From the NCBI GenBank assembly GCA_029858565.1, contig JAOUEV010000013.1, positions 1 through 61,543 of the forward strand: a DNA stretch of 61,543 bases. Reading direction: 5' to 3'. The notes under the pieces are model-generated. The model saw nothing but the letters and a program-made list of their open reading frames with translations. It was not told where the DNA came from and made no database searches. Shown one piece after another: positions 58,954 to 61,543 of this stretch (positions are counted from its first letter, which is position 1; each line of letters opens with the position of its first letter). A program made the translations under genes and the position numbers. This DNA comes from Nitrospirota bacterium (GTDB lineage Bacteria; Nitrospirota; UBA9217).

Positions 58954-60421
58954 TTAAACATATCCTTGCTGCCATCGCTTCACGACATTCACAATAGCCT
59001 TTGGATTGTCGTTCGCCAATTGCTCGAAGCTCCGTGCATCGACGGCGTTTATCGTGATATTGTTCACCGCTTGCCCCTCTCCCGGCCTCCAGCCCGTGCC
59101 GTACTTGGACTGCTCATAGTTGAAATAGCGATACTCGTTGTTGTCCCTTCCAACACCTGTGTAGTCCCGGACAGACCCGGACCCGCCGCTTGCATCTGCG
59201 CCGCCGCTCCCACCGCCGTTGAAGTTCTGTGCGCGGATCGCCGCAACCTTGGACATGCCGGCCGCCGTCGCAATTACAGACATAGTGGCACCCAGGGCCG
59301 GACCGCCAATCTTCGCGCCGAAAGCATAAGAGTCCTGAGCCGCCTTGAACGTGCTGATAAGCGTTTCGCTTATTGCCGCAGCTTTATAGAGCGTGAAATA
59401 CTTCCGCGCATGGCTGCCGCCGAGCTGATAGAGCGTCTGGAAGGTCTGGCCAAGGCCGGTAGCCATATCCTGCGCGGCCTGAACTCGCAGCTTGTTTGTC
59501 TCTTGATCGTGGTTCAAGACCATTGTCTGCCGCTCCATCTCCCGGACCGCCAGGGTATCATAATAGTCCTGTTCGCTCGTAGCATTTGCCAGCTTATGTG
59601 CTGTCGCCGCATCGAAGTATTCAAGCTCTCCCTGGAAGATTTCCTGCATCGAATCGGAGCGCGCCTTGGAAAGAGAAACCAGTGCGCCCGAATATTGCTC
59701 CTGAAACCGGATATCATCCGAAAGCCGGACCTCGACAGCGCTTCGCTCTCCCGCTTTCCCGTCGGAAGTAAATTCCGTAAAGGTTTTTTCCCGGACTGCT
59801 GTTCCAAGCTGCTCCTGCATCAACCGGAGCTTCTTTTCTTCATACTGCAACTGCAGCTGAAGATTCTTATTTCGGCTCTTCCCGACCTCGATTGCCGCGC
59901 CCTCGATCACAACGAAATCCATTGACTGCCGCTTGATATCAAGGATCTTCTGCTCCTGCGCCAGGATGCCCGAGCCGAGCTTTTCCCTGTTTCGCGCGTG
60001 CTCGACGAGGTACAAATCATACTCTGCGCGCATTACAGATTGCGTCTTCTTGATTGTTTCATCGGCCTTGGTCAACCATTCACCGGCCGCTGTTGCTCCC
60101 ATGATTGTTTCTTCCCGAAGTTTTTTCTTGGCTTCAATGGCCTTGCGCGTTTCTTCTTCAAGCCGCCTCTGCCGCTCCGTAATCATCCCGTAAACCCCAT
60201 AGAGCGCCATCCCCGCAATCGCTACCCCGCCAAACGCCGCAGCCCCCAGGCCAAGCCTTGCAACCATGACCTCTACAGAATCCCCGAGCTTCCGGCTCAT
60301 CTGAAACGGAACACCCCATGACTGCGCCATGTTTTCTGCGGCTTCACCCATACCCCAGAAGCCGATCTTTGTAGCCCGCGCGGTATTGTCAACGGACGCG
60401 CCTAGGTTCTCGATGTTTTTA
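58954..60421 (-). pseudogene. Tail tape-measure-like protein, interrupted by IS630
   Basis: Ala/Gly-rich hydrophobic and coiled-coil segments; C-terminal NNITINAVDARSFEQ motif; frame stays open from 60351 up to the IS TA site. Confidence 0.6.
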
Positions 60422-60432
60422 TACTCAGCGTC

Positions 60433-61020
60433 CTAAATGATTGCGCATAGACGACGAAGCGTATTATTTGGCTTGCGCCATGTTTCAAATTGCTTCGACA
60501 CAGCTTGGATAAGTTCTTCTATCTCCGCAAAGTAGCGGTTATGCGTACAGAGAGTTCGAGTCAGTTTCCATACGCGCTCTGCGGTGTTCAGCTCAGGGCT
60601 GTACGGCGGCAGAAAAACGAGTTTCAGCATATGTCGGTGCTTTCGCAACCAGGGCTTTAAAAGTTTGGCATGATGCCAGCGAGCATTATCCAGCACGACG
60701 ACAACTTTCCGGCCTTGCCGACGATGACGTATCAACTTTTGCAAGAACGAGAGAAATGTCTTGGCGTCAAACTTCTTCTCATGGTTTGTGACCAGGTATC
60801 CATCACTGCTGCGGACAGCTCCGAAGACCCCAATGCTCTTTCGGGTAGGTGCGTGCAGGACAATGGGATCGGTCTCTTCAGGTGGTATCCACATAGTACA
60901 TCGTGACCCATGCTGTTGGAAGTGGCATTCATCTTCAAACCAGAGATCAACATCTTTTCTATGCGCCAGACGCCGCAGTTTTTTTAAACTTTTGCTGTGC
61001 CACAGGATCGGCTTGCGCAA
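60433..61020 (-). CDS. IS630 transposase OrfB (DDE domain)
   Basis: WFEDECHF, VLDNARWH, LPPYSPELNTAERVW. Confidence 0.9.
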   Translation of the reverse strand: MRKPILWHSKSLKKLRRLAHRKDVDLWFEDECHFQQHGSRCTMWIPPEETDPIVLHAPTRKSIGVFGAVRSSDGYLVTNHEKKFDAKTFLSFLQKLIRHRRQGRKVVVVLDNARWHHAKLLKPWLRKHRHMLKLVFLPPYSPELNTAERVWKLTRTLCTHNRYFAEIEELIQAVSKQFETWRKPNNTLRRLCAII

Positions 61021-61471
61021 TAACGGGGCGAGGTTTTCTCCGGCGGAATCCCAATTGATGAAACAACCGCTGGCATTGTCGAACTCCGATGCTTACCCCG
61101 AACTGTTGGGATAAATGATGGCTCAGAAGCTTTCCATCCCACAGGTTCTGAGAGTAGCCTAAGTCTCGCGGAGAGCGACGCAGATCACGCCCGACACGCT
61201 TTTGAATGCCAGAATCCAAGGCCGTTGGTCGTCCTGGCCGTTGGACCTCTTGCAGACCGGCAAAACCGCTCTGCTCAAAACGATGGACCCAGTACTGTAC
61301 AGTTCGCGGACTGTGACCGAAAAGCTTTGCCACCTCCGTGCTGCTGTAGCCGGAGCTTACCAAAAGGATTCCGTGAAGCTTATGATCGTATCGAGACTCA
61401 TCGGATCGCAGAATTTCTTGTTGTACCGAAATCCGCATGATGTCCGCATCTTTAATTTCAAGTTTGCGCAT
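60959..61471 (-). CDS. IS630 transposase OrfA (HTH domain)
   Basis: VAKLFGHSPRTVQYWVHRF, RPGRP, LGFRRRKPR; TTTAAAAAAA slippery site at 60979-60988. Confidence 0.88.
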   Translation of the reverse strand: MRKLEIKDADIMRISVQQEILRSDESRYDHKLHGILLVSSGYSSTEVAKLFGHSPRTVQYWVHRFEQSGFAGLQEVQRPGRPTALDSGIQKRVGRDLRRSPRDLGYSQNLWDGKLLSHHLSQQFGVSIGVRQCQRLFHQLGFRRRKPRPVIAQADPVAQQKFKKTAASGA

Positions 61472-61543
61472 AACACACCTCCCTCTCCAGGGATTATAAC
61501 AGGTTAGTATCTTATGCGCAATTATTTATGACGCTATGTATAG

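Larger units (their letters stand above)
60422..61540 (-). mobile_element. IS630-family insertion sequence (about 1.12 kb), TA target duplication
   Basis: Imperfect IRs TACTCAGCGTCCTAAATGATTGCGCATA / TACATAGCGTCATAAATAATTGCGCATA; TA at 60420-60421 and 61541-61542. Confidence 0.92.
56595..61543 (-). mobile_element. Prophage/phage-satellite-like element integrated at tRNA-Leu (other end outside the window)
   Basis: Integrase, HTH, Xis, TerS-like gene, cos-like site and tape-measure-like gene directly 3' of the tRNA. Confidence 0.75.

Noticed and set aside
58966-59925. 319-aa plus-strand ORF
   Set aside because: Antisense shadow of the tape-measure-like gene; no recognisable motifs.

Overview
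Bacterial chromosomal window, with a gene repertoire suggestive of a Nitrospirota/deltaproteobacterial-like host (inference only). The main discovery is a 23.1-kb mobile element (8162-31268) that splits the host archease-linked rtcB gene inside its catalytic GTLGSGNH motif. The element has 11-bp terminal inverted repeats and arrays of ACGATAT boxes, and encodes three tyrosine recombinases plus a TnpC-like protein (Tn554/RIT-like). It also carries its own full-length rtcB of a different subfamily inside the recombinase operon, and a defence cargo: SNF2 helicase, GHKL-ATPase/nuclease, DUF2130, Sir2-HerA, type III R-M, NucS-like and GIY-YIG nucleases. The two junction hexamers differ (GCTCGG vs GCGGCG), but either one restores an in-frame, valid RtcB motif (GTLGSGNH or GTLGGGNH), which suggests the element carries a hexamer from a previous rtcB target. 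Other content: the 5' end of a class C group II intron placed after a terminator at the left edge; an LPP20/FecR/TPR envelope cluster; three tandem triheme cytochromes; miaB/mtaB; and a long Kdo/LPS/dTDP-rhamnose operon. At tRNA-Leu(UAA) there is a phage-satellite-like element (integrase reading through the tRNA, Xis, tandem Nu1-like TerS, lambda-like cos, tape-measure-like gene) that is interrupted by an IS630 at the right edge.
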